In this document: one piece after another, positions 16,632 to 27,025 of the stretch | Position numbering within the stretch: position 1 is the first letter of the stretch | How the letters are laid out: every line of letters starts with the position of its first letter | DNA from: a virus | Lineage: Duplodnaviria; Caudoviricetes | Reading direction: 5' to 3' (one strand) | Length of the DNA stretch: 50,265 nt | Virus record (IMG/VR): IMGVR_UViG_3300031673_000073 | Coordinates: 1-50,265 of that record | Program-made: the position numbers and the translations under genes | The notes under the pieces: model-generated | Told to the model about the DNA's origin: nothing | Seen by the model: the letters and a program-made list of their open reading frames with translations, nothing else | Database searches by the model: none

Positions 16632-16877
16632 CTATTTTTTTAGCGATTTTATAACATCCATTATTTTACTTGGCCCCTTAGCGTGTTCTTTCATATTACC
16701 ACCAACAAAGATACCAAATAAAGTTACTATTACCCATCCGATCGTCGTAGTAACTTCAACCGTTAAAGATAATATCAATACCACAATAAGAGTAGCCAAG
16801 AAGGCCTTCAGTTTTCTACTACCTTTTACTGATCTCTTTGTGATCACTTTATTTATATTAATATCTTTTTCTACCAT
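16632..16877 (-). CDS. Holin-like two-TM protein
   Basis: SRK followed by two hydrophobic segments and a basic tail; in the lysis region. Confidence 0.65.
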   Translation of the reverse strand: MVEKDININKVITKRSVKGSRKLKAFLATLIVVLILSLTVEVTTTIGWVIVTLFGIFVGGNMKEHAKGPSKIMDVIKSLKK

Positions 16878-17488
16878 GTTTTCCCAAACCTTTCCTCTGT
16901 TTTTTTATCTACCATTCTCTCGAGATCACCAACCGAATATGTATCATATATCCCGGCAATGCCCCCATGATTCCCAGACCAATAATATTCACGCCAGTTA
17001 TTTTTTCCGCTCTTTATCGGACTCCACTTATAACAAAGGAACGCTATAAACGGATACTTCATACTATACCATTTCTCCTGCGTCCCCTTATCCATAGCGA
17101 AACGTTTCTGGTTAAGGGCTATAAGATATGCGGCCCAATAAGCTTGACTAAAATATGGGTGACGTTTTTCTATCGCCGCATTCCTTCCCTGTATACCCAT
17201 CTCCATATTCCGACGTCCCATCTCGAGCAAACGAATTACGAGCCAGAGTTTATAATCAACGATATACTCATCACATGCCATGCGGCCAGCTTCTCTAAAT
17301 GTTGTAGGAATTATCGATGGAGTAGATATAGGCCCCGGGGGATCTAGAACAACATTTATTATCTTTGGCTCGGCAATAACTTTAGTTCCGAACCAGATAC
17401 CGGCCATAACGGCTAAAGCCGCTACGGCCGGTAAAGCATATGTTGTTCTCAATAATATTACAACTTTTGCGATTGTAGCTATTTTCAT
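16871..17488 (-). CDS. N-terminally membrane-anchored protein
   Basis: Hydrophobic ALPAVAALAVMAGIWFG, Pro-rich linker, helical domain. Confidence 0.6.
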   Translation of the reverse strand: MKIATIAKVVILLRTTYALPAVAALAVMAGIWFGTKVIAEPKIINVVLDPPGPISTPSIIPTTFREAGRMACDEYIVDYKLWLVIRLLEMGRRNMEMGIQGRNAAIEKRHPYFSQAYWAAYLIALNQKRFAMDKGTQEKWYSMKYPFIAFLCYKWSPIKSGKNNWREYYWSGNHGGIAGIYDTYSVGDLERMVDKKTEERFGKTW

Positions 17489-17934
17489 TTATTATCAAGT
17501 TTTCTCGCTACACTAAGATTTAATCTCGCCTTTTCTATTCGCGCCTTAGCGTCACCATCGGAAGCATTACTGTTAATCTCGATACTCTTCTCGAACATAC
17601 TAATAGCCAGACCGAATTCTCCAAGAGATATAAATACAACTCCGAGATTATTATAAGACCAATATTGGAGCGGATCGTTCTCTATCGCGCTCTCATAAAG
17701 TTTTCTGGCTAAATTAATATTACCAGATTTATACTCCTGATAACCCTGCGCGTTTAGAGCGTTCGCTTTTCCTACGCTTGTAGTGGCGAGCTTAACAGCC
17801 GATGAATAATTTTTTGATGCAAAGGCTATCTCGAACTCCTTGCTCTCCTTCTGGTATTCTCCGGCTATACCATAAGGCCCTTGGCATCCCGACACTACCG
17901 CTACAACAAGCATCGCCATAAATAACTTTCGCAT
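17485..17934 (-). CDS. TPR-repeat lipoprotein
   Basis: MRKLFMAMLVVAVVSG-C lipobox; ALNAQG...Y..AI..DP...SYNNLG...FEKSIEIN TPRs. Confidence 0.85.
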   Translation of the reverse strand: MRKLFMAMLVVAVVSGCQGPYGIAGEYQKESKEFEIAFASKNYSSAVKLATTSVGKANALNAQGYQEYKSGNINLARKLYESAIENDPLQYWSYNNLGVVFISLGEFGLAISMFEKSIEINSNASDGDAKARIEKARLNLSVARKLDNK

Positions 17935-17957
17935 CTTTCCTCCTTGTTAAAATTATC

Positions 17958-18536
17958 CTACGCTCCCGACTTTAACTTTATAAAAAGATTTGATATATTC
18001 TTGCGAAGATTGATTAAATTTTCAGGATACTCCGGATCAGTTGCCCATTTATATTTCCCTGATACTAATTTTTTGTAGAACTCATCGGGGTTTCCGCGTT
18101 CTACCCAGGCTAACGGGTATACTCTTTTTATTAATCCAATCCAATATTTTAAAGCTTCCGATTCTAAATACCAATCACAGAACTCGTCTAATAGATGAGC
18201 ACCTATTATCTTGGATCCTTTTTTCGTTTTACTTCTTTTAATCTCGAAAACTTTATCCGAATTTTTATTATAAAAAGTGATAAAGCTATCTAAATTTTCT
18301 TCAAGGAACCATTCCCAAGTGGGAACTTCTACCTTCTTGCCATCCCATTCAATTTTATTTGGAGTTTTTATTCCCCAAAAGTTATTCCAACCAATAATAC
18401 GTTTAAATCCTCCTGTCTCATGATAAGCCTGAACCATTACAGAATCAGGATGTACTCCAAGTGGAACTGCTATTAACTCAACCTGAGTTAATAATTGTTC
18501 ACCCTTCGTATTAAGCTTCCTATCGGTAACTGGCAT
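17958..18536 (-). CDS. Endolysin, glucosaminidase (GH73/FlgJ-like)
   Basis: QAYHETG, NNFWGIK, WATDPEY motifs. Confidence 0.88.
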   Translation of the reverse strand: MPVTDRKLNTKGEQLLTQVELIAVPLGVHPDSVMVQAYHETGGFKRIIGWNNFWGIKTPNKIEWDGKKVEVPTWEWFLEENLDSFITFYNKNSDKVFEIKRSKTKKGSKIIGAHLLDEFCDWYLESEALKYWIGLIKRVYPLAWVERGNPDEFYKKLVSGKYKWATDPEYPENLINLRKNISNLFIKLKSGA

Positions 18537-18537
18537 A

Positions 18538-18915
18538 TTATTTTCGCCTCCCATTAAAATGCTTGCGCATTATCTTCGTCTGTTCCTTTGTTTCATCTAA
18601 CTGCTGTTGCTGAATACTACCATTCTTTATTGATTGTTCTGTAAGCTTACCAAGTGCATCCTCTAATCGTCCGTGATCACCTCGTAATACGGTTGCTTCC
18701 GTTCGTATCGCTTCGGTATTTGATCTAGCAACTTTAGCATCATCAATTAATGTAGATGGTATAAATTGTGTGGTAGATGGTTGCATTATACCTATACCTT
18801 CCGGGAGAACGGTTCCGTTACGTTTGGCCTTTAACCAATCGTATACAATCTTAAAGTTTAATCCTACTAACGATAACGCTATTGCGCTCTCTAGTACCGT
18901 TCTTATACCTTCCAT
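18538..18915 (-). CDS. Single-TM coiled-coil protein (holin/antiholin-like)
   Basis: N-terminal hydrophobic segment, KRNG, coiled coil; directly precedes the endolysin. Confidence 0.55.
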   Translation of the reverse strand: MEGIRTVLESAIALSLVGLNFKIVYDWLKAKRNGTVLPEGIGIMQPSTTQFIPSTLIDDAKVARSNTEAIRTEATVLRGDHGRLEDALGKLTEQSIKNGSIQQQQLDETKEQTKIMRKHFNGRRK

Positions 18916-18941
18916 GAATATTTTCTCCGTATTTAATATTA

Positions 18942-19208
18942 TTATATTTCAATTACATTTACTCCGCTATCTTTTAATATTTTAATGTGTTTTTTTATAC
19001 GTTCATCCACCTCTTTATCACTTTCGATTCTAAATGATGCATCACATACATTTCTGGTATTAATAAAACGTCCATTGCCGGCATCAAATAATATATTCCC
19101 AGTCATAGATTTATTATATTCATTTATTGCTGCCCCGATTGTTTTATATATACTAGCATCATATATTTTAACTTCTCGACTATTATATGTAATTATTATC
19201 GTTATCAT
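18942..19208 (-). CDS. Hypothetical protein (AT-rich)
   Basis: AAGGAG RBS. Confidence 0.6.
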   Translation of the reverse strand: MITIIITYNSREVKIYDASIYKTIGAAINEYNKSMTGNILFDAGNGRFINTRNVCDASFRIESDKEVDERIKKHIKILKDSGVNVIEI

Positions 19209-19219
19209 AATTTCTCCTT

Positions 19220-19582
19220 TTATGTTATTTTTATTCCTGATACGTGAATAAAGAAACTAATACTATCTGCCCCGGCTCCGGCGGATCTCATATTAATAGT
19301 AAACCCATCACCTAAATGATATATTTTATTAGTAAGTTCTGGAACATATACAATTTGGCTATCGAGATTAGCGAACGTAACTGGATTAGCTACTGCTTTA
19401 ACTGCATTACCTAATCCGATTTCTAATTGCATCCAAGCGGGAGCACCCACTACTGTTATTGGATAAAAAAATATATGTTTGAATATAAAACCATGTGTAT
19501 CATTATACAATTGATAAAACCAACTATTACCAGTATTAAGTGCCGTAGCCGTTTCTATTAATCTTACCGCTTCGTATTTCAT
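19220..19582 (-). CDS. Small beta-rich tail-associated protein
   Basis: Follows the tail fiber gene; AGGAGG RBS. Confidence 0.55.
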   Translation of the reverse strand: MKYEAVRLIETATALNTGNSWFYQLYNDTHGFIFKHIFFYPITVVGAPAWMQLEIGLGNAVKAVANPVTFANLDSQIVYVPELTNKIYHLGDGFTINMRSAGAGADSISFFIHVSGIKIT

Positions 19583-19597
19583 TATTCCTCCTTTTAA

Positions 19598-20830
19598 TTA
19601 AAGATTAATCCACGCAAACAAATCCGGAACCGCATTTACACCTTCTGCTGTACCATCATCATCTATGGTTATTAATGTTGGATATTGAAACCCTCTCACT
19701 TCCAATCCTCTTACTAATTGTATTCCGTCTATAAATGCTACAATTGATGATGTTTTTACGGTACGAGTATCTGGAAATATCCTTAGTTCTAAAGCCGTTA
19801 CATCATTATCAACATAAGCTTGTAGGACTAGACGTATCCAATCCTTTTCGTTTGCAATGGCTTCCACGAAAGTTGATACCGCCGGAGCCGCTCCGGTCTG
19901 TATTAATTCCATAGCTGCTGTTATATTACCTGCGGCTGATAAGCGTATAAATGCAGTTATTGTTATCTGTTTATTATGATATGTAGTCGGATTATCTATA
20001 ACCTGGCTCACATAATGGAGATTACTACTCCCGTCATTTGTTATCTCCAAAGACGCATTTCCATATTTTACAGGTGTAGTTACGGTAGTTATTGTCGCAT
20101 TAGTACCAGACCAATCAGAAGTATCGTTTAAAAAAGCTGGATTCTTAATAGTATTAATTTGTGTCGCTTCTGGTCTTTCGCCTCTCTCTAAATATAAAAA
20201 TCTATCGTTTTTTAAAATTATAAAGCTATCTGTTCCATTACTGAAATCTCTGATTGGATTAGGAACATTCGGGTTCCCGCCACTTGGTTCTAGCCAAAGC
20301 TTAGCTATTTCCAAAGTGTTTGATGGTATTTCTTCAGGTATAGGATTTACCGCCGGGAGACCAGTAGTTACGGCTACACTTCCATCGGCAGATATGTGAA
20401 CTACATCTATACGTGGATTAGTAATTCCCAGCGCAAAATCGGATGGATCTACTACCTGGGCCCCCGTCTCTCTGAATAGTGATCCATTAACAAATCCCTG
20501 TCCAGTTCCAACTTCTACTTTATCATCAGGAGTACCGCTCGCAATAGTTTTACATTCATTTGAAACTCCTGCGAATATTCCATAATAAACATCCTTCTGG
20601 CTATCTACTATTCTGGTTTTAAGATCTGTAGCCTCTTCCCGGGCAGCTATAACTTCCGCGCTAGAAGAAGCTGGGGGGGATCCACCTGATTCAAGCGCCT
20701 CTATAGAAGCGGCATGATCGGCCGTAGCTTGAGTAACTTTTTCAAAATTATCCCTAAGTGGATAACTATCTATATCATCCTGAAATATTATCTCATTAAG
20801 TTGATTAGAACCCTCTAATCTCGTCGCCAT
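19598..20830 (-). CDS. Tail fiber/receptor-binding protein with a CBM4/9-like domain
   Basis: AEVIAAR motif, NPRIDVV baseplate-type segment, N.IKNPAF...W...IDGIQL carbohydrate-binding pattern. Confidence 0.65.
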   Translation of the reverse strand: MATRLEGSNQLNEIIFQDDIDSYPLRDNFEKVTQATADHAASIEALESGGSPPASSSAEVIAAREEATDLKTRIVDSQKDVYYGIFAGVSNECKTIASGTPDDKVEVGTGQGFVNGSLFRETGAQVVDPSDFALGITNPRIDVVHISADGSVAVTTGLPAVNPIPEEIPSNTLEIAKLWLEPSGGNPNVPNPIRDFSNGTDSFIILKNDRFLYLERGERPEATQINTIKNPAFLNDTSDWSGTNATITTVTTPVKYGNASLEITNDGSSNLHYVSQVIDNPTTYHNKQITITAFIRLSAAGNITAAMELIQTGAAPAVSTFVEAIANEKDWIRLVLQAYVDNDVTALELRIFPDTRTVKTSSIVAFIDGIQLVRGLEVRGFQYPTLITIDDDGTAEGVNAVPDLFAWINL

Positions 20831-20839
20831 ATTCCCTCC

Positions 20840-22339
20840 CTATAGCTTTGTTATAACAGCTCCACGAAAATTAGTATTACCCTGACTAGGATCTCCCACA
20901 TCTGCGGTTTCATCATATATTCTTCCAATGTCATATGTAAATCCAATATCATATTTTTGGTCAATCTCAATTAGACCAGCATATTCTGTAACAACTCTTG
21001 ATCTTAATGTCGCTTGTTCAGATAAATATGAATGATTTAATCTCGCCATATGATACAACCTTTTATCATTAGAATATTTTTCCACGACTCTTACAAGATC
21101 GTTAATCTCACCTAGGAGCCATCCTGTACCTATATTAAACTCCGCTCTAACTCTTTCAGAAAATAGATTTAATCCAATAGTATCTGCCAGTGATTTAGCT
21201 TCATTCGAATTTTGAATAAATCTATTAATAATATCCCGAGATTTTCCTCTAGCCAATCTTATATTTTCTCCAGATGCCGCTTCGCCTGCCACCCCCGCGA
21301 ACTTATCTCCGAATACGCTCGCCGACCAATTTCCGGTCGCAGCCGGAAATCTTCTATCAAAAGTTACCGAAGTAATCGTGCGCGCAGTCTCGATTATTTC
21401 TAAAGTATCAGCGACTCCAGAGACCCAATTGACTCTCACGGCTGGCCCATCTGTATAATTATGAACATATGGTAAAACCGTCTCGTTTCCAGATGGAGTT
21501 CCTTGCGGCTTTCCGGCAGTTACGGCGGGATTCGCGGCATTAAATATAGTTATTCTCCGTAGAAGTTTAAGTGTATCATCTGTTCTTCGATATGGAGCGG
21601 ATATATGATTTATCCAATGAAATACAAAATCTGCATCGAGCACATCTATCTTAGCAATCTCCATAGTAATTACATCAGATCTATTAACTAATCTATAATT
21701 ATCTTCAAGTTGTAAATATTCTATTACTTCACTAAGAAGTTCGGAAGCAGATTCATTATCTATTACAGGTGTATTTGTAAGCGTTGTAGTAGTTACCGGA
21801 ATATTATATTCCGATGGCTTTACACCTATACGTTCAAGGATTTTTATAATATATTGATCGGCAGATATAGAAACTTCTGTCGCAAGCGATATAGAATTGT
21901 CAGCTATTATACCGAATAGATCTCGTGCTGTAATATTTACGATCGCTCCGGGGCTTACATCAAATGAAGGATCATCTGCTATAAATGTTCCCTGGGGAAA
22001 AAACTCATCAACGCCATCTACTTTGTGTCCTAGTTCGGCTATAAATCTTCTACCCCTCTTAACTACACCATCATATATTCCGCCAAAACCAGTCGTAAAC
22101 TGTTTTGATTCATTACTAAGTTCAATAGTTAATATTCCAGCTGGAGGAATTAGAAGAAATATACCTTCGCGTTCATCATCTCGGTCATATGTTATGCTAA
22201 AAGATAAAACTTGTTCGTTTATCGTCTGTTCAACATCATTATCATCAATATATTTTAATCTAGCTACGGGGTGACTAACTGGCCCTCGTAGTATATTAAA
22301 ATATTTTTCTAATACCGCTGTTGAACTTGCATCTTTCAT
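20840..22339 (-). CDS. Tail tip/hub protein
   Basis: Second gene after tape measure; FFPQGTF...ITARD pattern. Confidence 0.65.
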   Translation of the reverse strand: MKDASSTAVLEKYFNILRGPVSHPVARLKYIDDNDVEQTINEQVLSFSITYDRDDEREGIFLLIPPAGILTIELSNESKQFTTGFGGIYDGVVKRGRRFIAELGHKVDGVDEFFPQGTFIADDPSFDVSPGAIVNITARDLFGIIADNSISLATEVSISADQYIIKILERIGVKPSEYNIPVTTTTLTNTPVIDNESASELLSEVIEYLQLEDNYRLVNRSDVITMEIAKIDVLDADFVFHWINHISAPYRRTDDTLKLLRRITIFNAANPAVTAGKPQGTPSGNETVLPYVHNYTDGPAVRVNWVSGVADTLEIIETARTITSVTFDRRFPAATGNWSASVFGDKFAGVAGEAASGENIRLARGKSRDIINRFIQNSNEAKSLADTIGLNLFSERVRAEFNIGTGWLLGEINDLVRVVEKYSNDKRLYHMARLNHSYLSEQATLRSRVVTEYAGLIEIDQKYDIGFTYDIGRIYDETADVGDPSQGNTNFRGAVITKL

Positions 22340-22342
22340 TAT

Positions 22343-22780
22343 CTAAACCTCTTGTAACGTTATTGAACACCTGTATATTTGTTTGCTATCATGTTGACCA
22401 GTTCTCGACCATCTTAATCCTGCTATATAACAGGTGACTGCTCCGCCACTATAAGCATCTAAATTAGCACGTCCTATTATCTCAATAGAATGAACATATG
22501 TAACAGTTACCGTTCTATCTCCAGAACCGGCTCTTATAGCATATAATCTTTCTGGTACATTATTAGTAGGTTCAAACCAAGTAATAGTAAATCTATATTT
22601 ATCATCCTCGGCCTGTTTCTTTTTCTTATCTCCTAAAGTAGTAAACTCTCTAATATTTTCTACGGCTTCATCTAATCCTGGTGCCGTTGCATAATCAAAA
22701 GTAAACTCAACCGTATCAGACCCACCTATAATACGTGGATTATATGTTCTAGTTTTTACTATAGCCTCCTGGGATTCCAC
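22343..22780 (-). CDS. Distal tail protein-like
   Basis: Immediately after tape measure; ends ITLQEV. Confidence 0.6.
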   Translation of the reverse strand: MESQEAIVKTRTYNPRIIGGSDTVEFTFDYATAPGLDEAVENIREFTTLGDKKKKQAEDDKYRFTITWFEPTNNVPERLYAIRAGSGDRTVTVTYVHSIEIIGRANLDAYSGGAVTCYIAGLRWSRTGQHDSKQIYRCSITLQEV

Positions 22781-25224
22781 TATATACCTCCCGCTGATCG
22801 ACGCTTAGCTTCCTGTATAACTCTAAATATTTCCTGTTTATCTTCTCCGTTTAATCTTCCAGTAAGTGATTGGATGGTAATATTAATAGTATCTCCTACG
22901 CCGCCTACACCTCCACCAATGCTTGCAGAAGTATTAATGGCATTAACCGCAGGTGCTCCACCTATAGATGATACAGCCGCTCGGCTAAGAACGGCCTCGC
23001 CCCGCTGAACTCCTATAAGCATATCTTCACCACGTGGTAATAATCCGTTCTGTGCTCCAATAATTCCACCATCTTTGAATCCTAATATAAACTTACCAGC
23101 AGCTTTACCTTCCAATGAGCCAGGTAATTTTATACCCAAAAATCTTAATGCTGACATTATTGCGAGAAATACAACGGCTCTTGCTATCATACCTGTTATA
23201 GCTGATATAAATGCCGATTTCATATCATTAAAGAAACTCTTCATAGCTTCGGTAGAAGTTTTAGCCCCCGTGGCCATATCATTAAAAGCTTTTCCGAGTG
23301 CATTACTAACGGTACTCGTTACAGTCATAACTATATTCTGCCAACGCTGCCAACGCGCTGCATCTTCATCGTTAAACTTAGTCCCTTCATTTGCTAAAAA
23401 TAAATAAAACTCTTCCCAGGTAATCTTATTAGTTAATACTAGATCTCGCATGGCCTCTTTTCTTAATTGAAATAGTTCGAACTCTTTTTCGGAAAATCCT
23501 CGTGCGGCTTCTATTAATGCTTCATCGGAGAGAGCCTTTTCAACAAAGATCGTTTCATCCTGTAATCGTTGAGCGGCTATCTTTGTTTCGGCTACTTCAT
23601 TTGCTAGCCTTTTCTCTTCCTCTGCGGAAGTCTTTATCTGCGATCTTCGATCCTCTTCTTGTTTTATAAGTGTAGCCCCGACTCTCTTCATTTGTTCCGT
23701 TGCTTTAGTAACATCATTGATACTTTTTAATCTAAGTGGTAATCCGTTCTTCGCTAATATTTTATTGATATTTCTTAAAGTTTTTTCTTTATCTGTAAGA
23801 TTCTCTATTTCCTCAGCACTCTTCGTCCAGCTTTCCGCTAGTTTAAAATTAGTATTCGCCAAACTTGCTGCCGCATTCTTTGAATCTGCGAGTTTATCAA
23901 AATATGCTGTCGATCTTTCGACAACTATTGCGAGCGCTGCCGCTACTGCGATCCACGGTGACGCTAAATTGAGAGCTGCCATCGCTATTTTTACCGCCTT
24001 AATAACCGCAATGACTTTTGTTATAGCGGCCGCCGCTCCAAGTGTTGCCGTTAATAGCAGAAGTGTTTCACCAGTAAATCGAATTATTGTTGTTACCAAA
24101 ACATTGTTCGCCTTAAACCATTCAATAGCAGATTTGGTTATGTCGGTAAATGTTTTTGCTATCTCTCTCGCATATGGAAGAAGTTCCGTACCTACCTCTA
24201 TGGCGAACGCCTCGGCGGCTGATTTCAAGAGTTTTATTTGAGAGTTAAAAGTATCGAGTTGTTTGGCTGCTATACGAGTGGCACTATCAGTTCCAGTTAC
24301 CGAATCTCGTAATTTCTCCATATCGTCCACACCACGTCGGAGAATAAAAAATGCTCCCAAAGCTCTAGCCCCGAATATCGTTTGGGCTTCTGCACCAGAT
24401 AAGTTCGCGTCTCTAAGCGCCTTAGTTAAAGCTATTGGATCTTTCATGAGCTTACCTAGCCTTTCGGTGGTAAGCCCAACCCTATTTAGTATTACCGAAG
24501 CATCCCCTACTGGTTTCTGAAGACGTAAAAATATATTCCGCAGAGCCGTACCGGCTTCCTCCGCTTGGAGATTACTATTGACAAGAGTACCAAGCGCAGC
24601 AGTAGTATCTTCTATTGAAACTCCAAGAGCACCAGCCAGAGGAGCTACGGGACGTAAAGCATTTGTTAAACGTTCCATAGTTAAAGCCGAGTTTTCGTTT
24701 GCAGCAGAAAATACATTTGCAACACGACCGGCTTCTCCCATACCAAGACTAAATGCTCTAAGGTTTCCTATAACCGCTTCGGTAGTAGAAGCTATTTCGG
24801 ATTGAGTTGCCGCCGCAAGATCTAATGCTGGTTTAAGAACATCTCGGAAATCCTCGGCGGTTTTTATACCCTGTGATCCAAGCGCAAACATAGCGGCTCC
24901 AGCCTGGGATGCCGAGAAGATTGTCGCCTTACCCATCTCGACTGCAATATCTGATAATTCTTTTAAACTATCTCCAGTAGCCCCCGTAACCGCCCCGACG
25001 TTTGCCATAGTTTGTTCGAAAGCTCCAGCGACTTTAATAAGCCCAGCGAGCGCTAGACCAAAGGCGGCCGTAGCAACAGCGGCTCCTTTAAATCCGGCAC
25101 CTGCTAATGCTATACCTTTTTGTAATTGTCCAGCTTGAACTTGTGCTGCCTTTATAGCCGCAGAAAATTGCGTGGCATCTAACTTAAGACGAGCAAATAG
25201 ATTACCAACAAAACTCTCAGCCAT
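22780..25224 (-). CDS. Tape measure protein (TP901-type core)
   Basis: VGNLFARLKLD, FEQTMANV, FSASQAG, AGTALR; Ala-rich; FKDGG near the C-terminus. Confidence 0.95.
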   Translation of the reverse strand: MAESFVGNLFARLKLDATQFSAAIKAAQVQAGQLQKGIALAGAGFKGAAVATAAFGLALAGLIKVAGAFEQTMANVGAVTGATGDSLKELSDIAVEMGKATIFSASQAGAAMFALGSQGIKTAEDFRDVLKPALDLAAATQSEIASTTEAVIGNLRAFSLGMGEAGRVANVFSAANENSALTMERLTNALRPVAPLAGALGVSIEDTTAALGTLVNSNLQAEEAGTALRNIFLRLQKPVGDASVILNRVGLTTERLGKLMKDPIALTKALRDANLSGAEAQTIFGARALGAFFILRRGVDDMEKLRDSVTGTDSATRIAAKQLDTFNSQIKLLKSAAEAFAIEVGTELLPYAREIAKTFTDITKSAIEWFKANNVLVTTIIRFTGETLLLLTATLGAAAAITKVIAVIKAVKIAMAALNLASPWIAVAAALAIVVERSTAYFDKLADSKNAAASLANTNFKLAESWTKSAEEIENLTDKEKTLRNINKILAKNGLPLRLKSINDVTKATEQMKRVGATLIKQEEDRRSQIKTSAEEEKRLANEVAETKIAAQRLQDETIFVEKALSDEALIEAARGFSEKEFELFQLRKEAMRDLVLTNKITWEEFYLFLANEGTKFNDEDAARWQRWQNIVMTVTSTVSNALGKAFNDMATGAKTSTEAMKSFFNDMKSAFISAITGMIARAVVFLAIMSALRFLGIKLPGSLEGKAAGKFILGFKDGGIIGAQNGLLPRGEDMLIGVQRGEAVLSRAAVSSIGGAPAVNAINTSASIGGGVGGVGDTINITIQSLTGRLNGEDKQEIFRVIQEAKRRSAGGI

Positions 25225-25494
25225 TTTCGGAGATCTCCTTTATTCTTTGCTCTATACCTTGACGCATTTTTCTTCGGTTTCCACCTTTAAGATCCAAAAC
25301 TAAATTAGCAAGGTTGAGAAACTCCGCTTCCCTATTGAGTTTATCTTTTTCACGGAGCCTCTCAATCTCTTCTTGTATAAGTGGTATCTCCTCATCATAT
25401 AAATCCAAAACCTGTTGCTTAGAATATCCACAATAATAACCGAAATAAGCTATTAACTTTTGGAGCCACCTAGGCCGTTTACGCCTTTTTTTTT
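25217..25494 (-). CDS. -1 frameshift extension of the tail assembly chaperone (GT-like)
   Basis: The -1 frame opens at the A9 run (25494-25486) and runs to 25217: KRRKRPRWLQKLIAYFGYYCGYSKQQVLDL... Confidence 0.75.
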
Positions 25495-25914
25495 ATTAGC
25501 GGTTGCGGCGAACCCCTTCATGGTTTCAGTGAAGCCATTAGCTTCCCAGATATTCTTAAACACCGTAACGAGATCTTCTAATTCAAAATCCAATTCAAGT
25601 AATGCGATATCTATATCAGTACAATCCTTGACGATAGGGATATACTGATTTTCCACTACTCGAAATACTTCTGGTAATTTACCCAGCACTAAACCTATCA
25701 GTTTATCATCGCTTGTAATCTCGGAGAACGTTAATTTTTCGTCTCCAATTACTGCCTTTATTATTTCACCAAAAAACTCACCGAGCATTATTCTTTGACC
25801 AAGTTTTACTCGGAAGGCATTATAATTCCTTCCCCGGATAGTGAACTTTACACTAGTCCGGGGAAGGGACGCATCTACACTGACATCTCTTTTATCGTTC
25901 GGTTTCTCGCTCAT
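25453..25914 (-). CDS. Tail assembly chaperone (G-like)
   Basis: Between tail tube and tape measure; slippery A9 near the 3' end. Confidence 0.8.
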   Translation of the reverse strand: MSEKPNDKRDVSVDASLPRTSVKFTIRGRNYNAFRVKLGQRIMLGEFFGEIIKAVIGDEKLTFSEITSDDKLIGLVLGKLPEVFRVVENQYIPIVKDCTDIDIALLELDFELEDLVTVFKNIWEANGFTETMKGFAATANKKKGVNGLGGSKS

Positions 25915-25932
25915 TCGTTTCTCCTATTATTT

Positions 25933-26799
25933 TTATGCGGTTGTAAAATCAGATGAGAAAATCGCCGTCTGGACGTTTCCGTTCGTATCAACTAGCCCGG
26001 TTACGACTACCCGATGTTTCGTAGCGGCCGAGAGATCGCTAGTCGGATTTAGCGTGATTTTCTTAGACGCGGAAGCCCAGCTTAAAGCCGCTGGGATTAT
26101 CGCGTCATTAGAATCGTCAATCAGCATCACCGCATTCGCAACCATCGAACTTTCGCGCAAATCATCGGCGACGAGTATTATCTCAACATTCACACCAACT
26201 GCCTGAGCGGCCGCACCATCTACTGGTGTAATACTTGCGACGCTCGGGGGAGTTACATCAGCCAATGCTGTTGGATCACCAATAGAAAATAGGTGATTCC
26301 CCTCGGACTTAGCTTCATCAATAAGACAGCGCCACACTACGCTATAACTGCGAACGCCATTGTGAATAAAAGCGAACGCAACTGCGTCATTAACGTAGGC
26401 TTTGTGGAAAGTCACATCCTCGGTAACATCCGCAACGGCATTAACTATAGGATGAAGCGTAAGAACACCAGCATCGCTCCGCGCGCGGTATCCAGCGGAT
26501 CTTCCGATCGAGACATACTCTTTCGCTCCGTCCACAACTTTAATTGCACCACCTAAAACTAACTGAAGATTAGTAAGCGTAAACTCAGATAGGATTGTGG
26601 TACAAGTTACGATTTGAGATTCAAGAATAGCATCTATAGGAGTCGAACCAAACTGGTCGACTACTATATCCGCCCACGTCGGCTCTTCACTCACCTCCTG
26701 TCCATCCTGGGTAAATCCAAGCGTTACACCTTTAAAGACGAGCGAACATGGGCCCGCCTTTAGATTAGCTACTGTTCCGCCTTGCGTTGCCTGAACCAT
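25933..26799 (-). CDS. Major tail (tube) protein with C-terminal Ig-like (Big_5-type) domain
   Basis: LGFTQDG, VDQFG tube motifs; DVTPPSVASITPVDGA...LNPTSDL...FTT Ig domain. Confidence 0.85.
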   Translation of the reverse strand: MVQATQGGTVANLKAGPCSLVFKGVTLGFTQDGQEVSEEPTWADIVVDQFGSTPIDAILESQIVTCTTILSEFTLTNLQLVLGGAIKVVDGAKEYVSIGRSAGYRARSDAGVLTLHPIVNAVADVTEDVTFHKAYVNDAVAFAFIHNGVRSYSVVWRCLIDEAKSEGNHLFSIGDPTALADVTPPSVASITPVDGAAAQAVGVNVEIILVADDLRESSMVANAVMLIDDSNDAIIPAALSWASASKKITLNPTSDLSAATKHRVVVTGLVDTNGNVQTAIFSSDFTTA

Positions 26800-27014
26800 T
26801 AGTCGTTCCTCCTTTCAATAACTGGTTTATCATTAATAGTTATTCTACTTAGCCTTGAGAACTCCTCTTGGCTTACTACCCCCTCGGTTGCGTTTTCAAG
26901 ATAGGGGATCCATACATCGACTATCTTACGAACTTTAATCCCCTCTAGTGGTTTCGCTACTTCGGATATCGGAGCGCGCTTATCCACCTTACGCTTTGCT
27001 TTTTTACCTCCCAT
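26799..27014 (-). CDS. Small hypothetical tail-region protein
   Basis: AGGAGG RBS; TAATG coupling. Confidence 0.6.
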   Translation of the reverse strand: MGGKKAKRKVDKRAPISEVAKPLEGIKVRKIVDVWIPYLENATEGVVSQEEFSRLSRITINDKPVIERRND

Positions 27015-27025
27015 ATTAACCTCCT

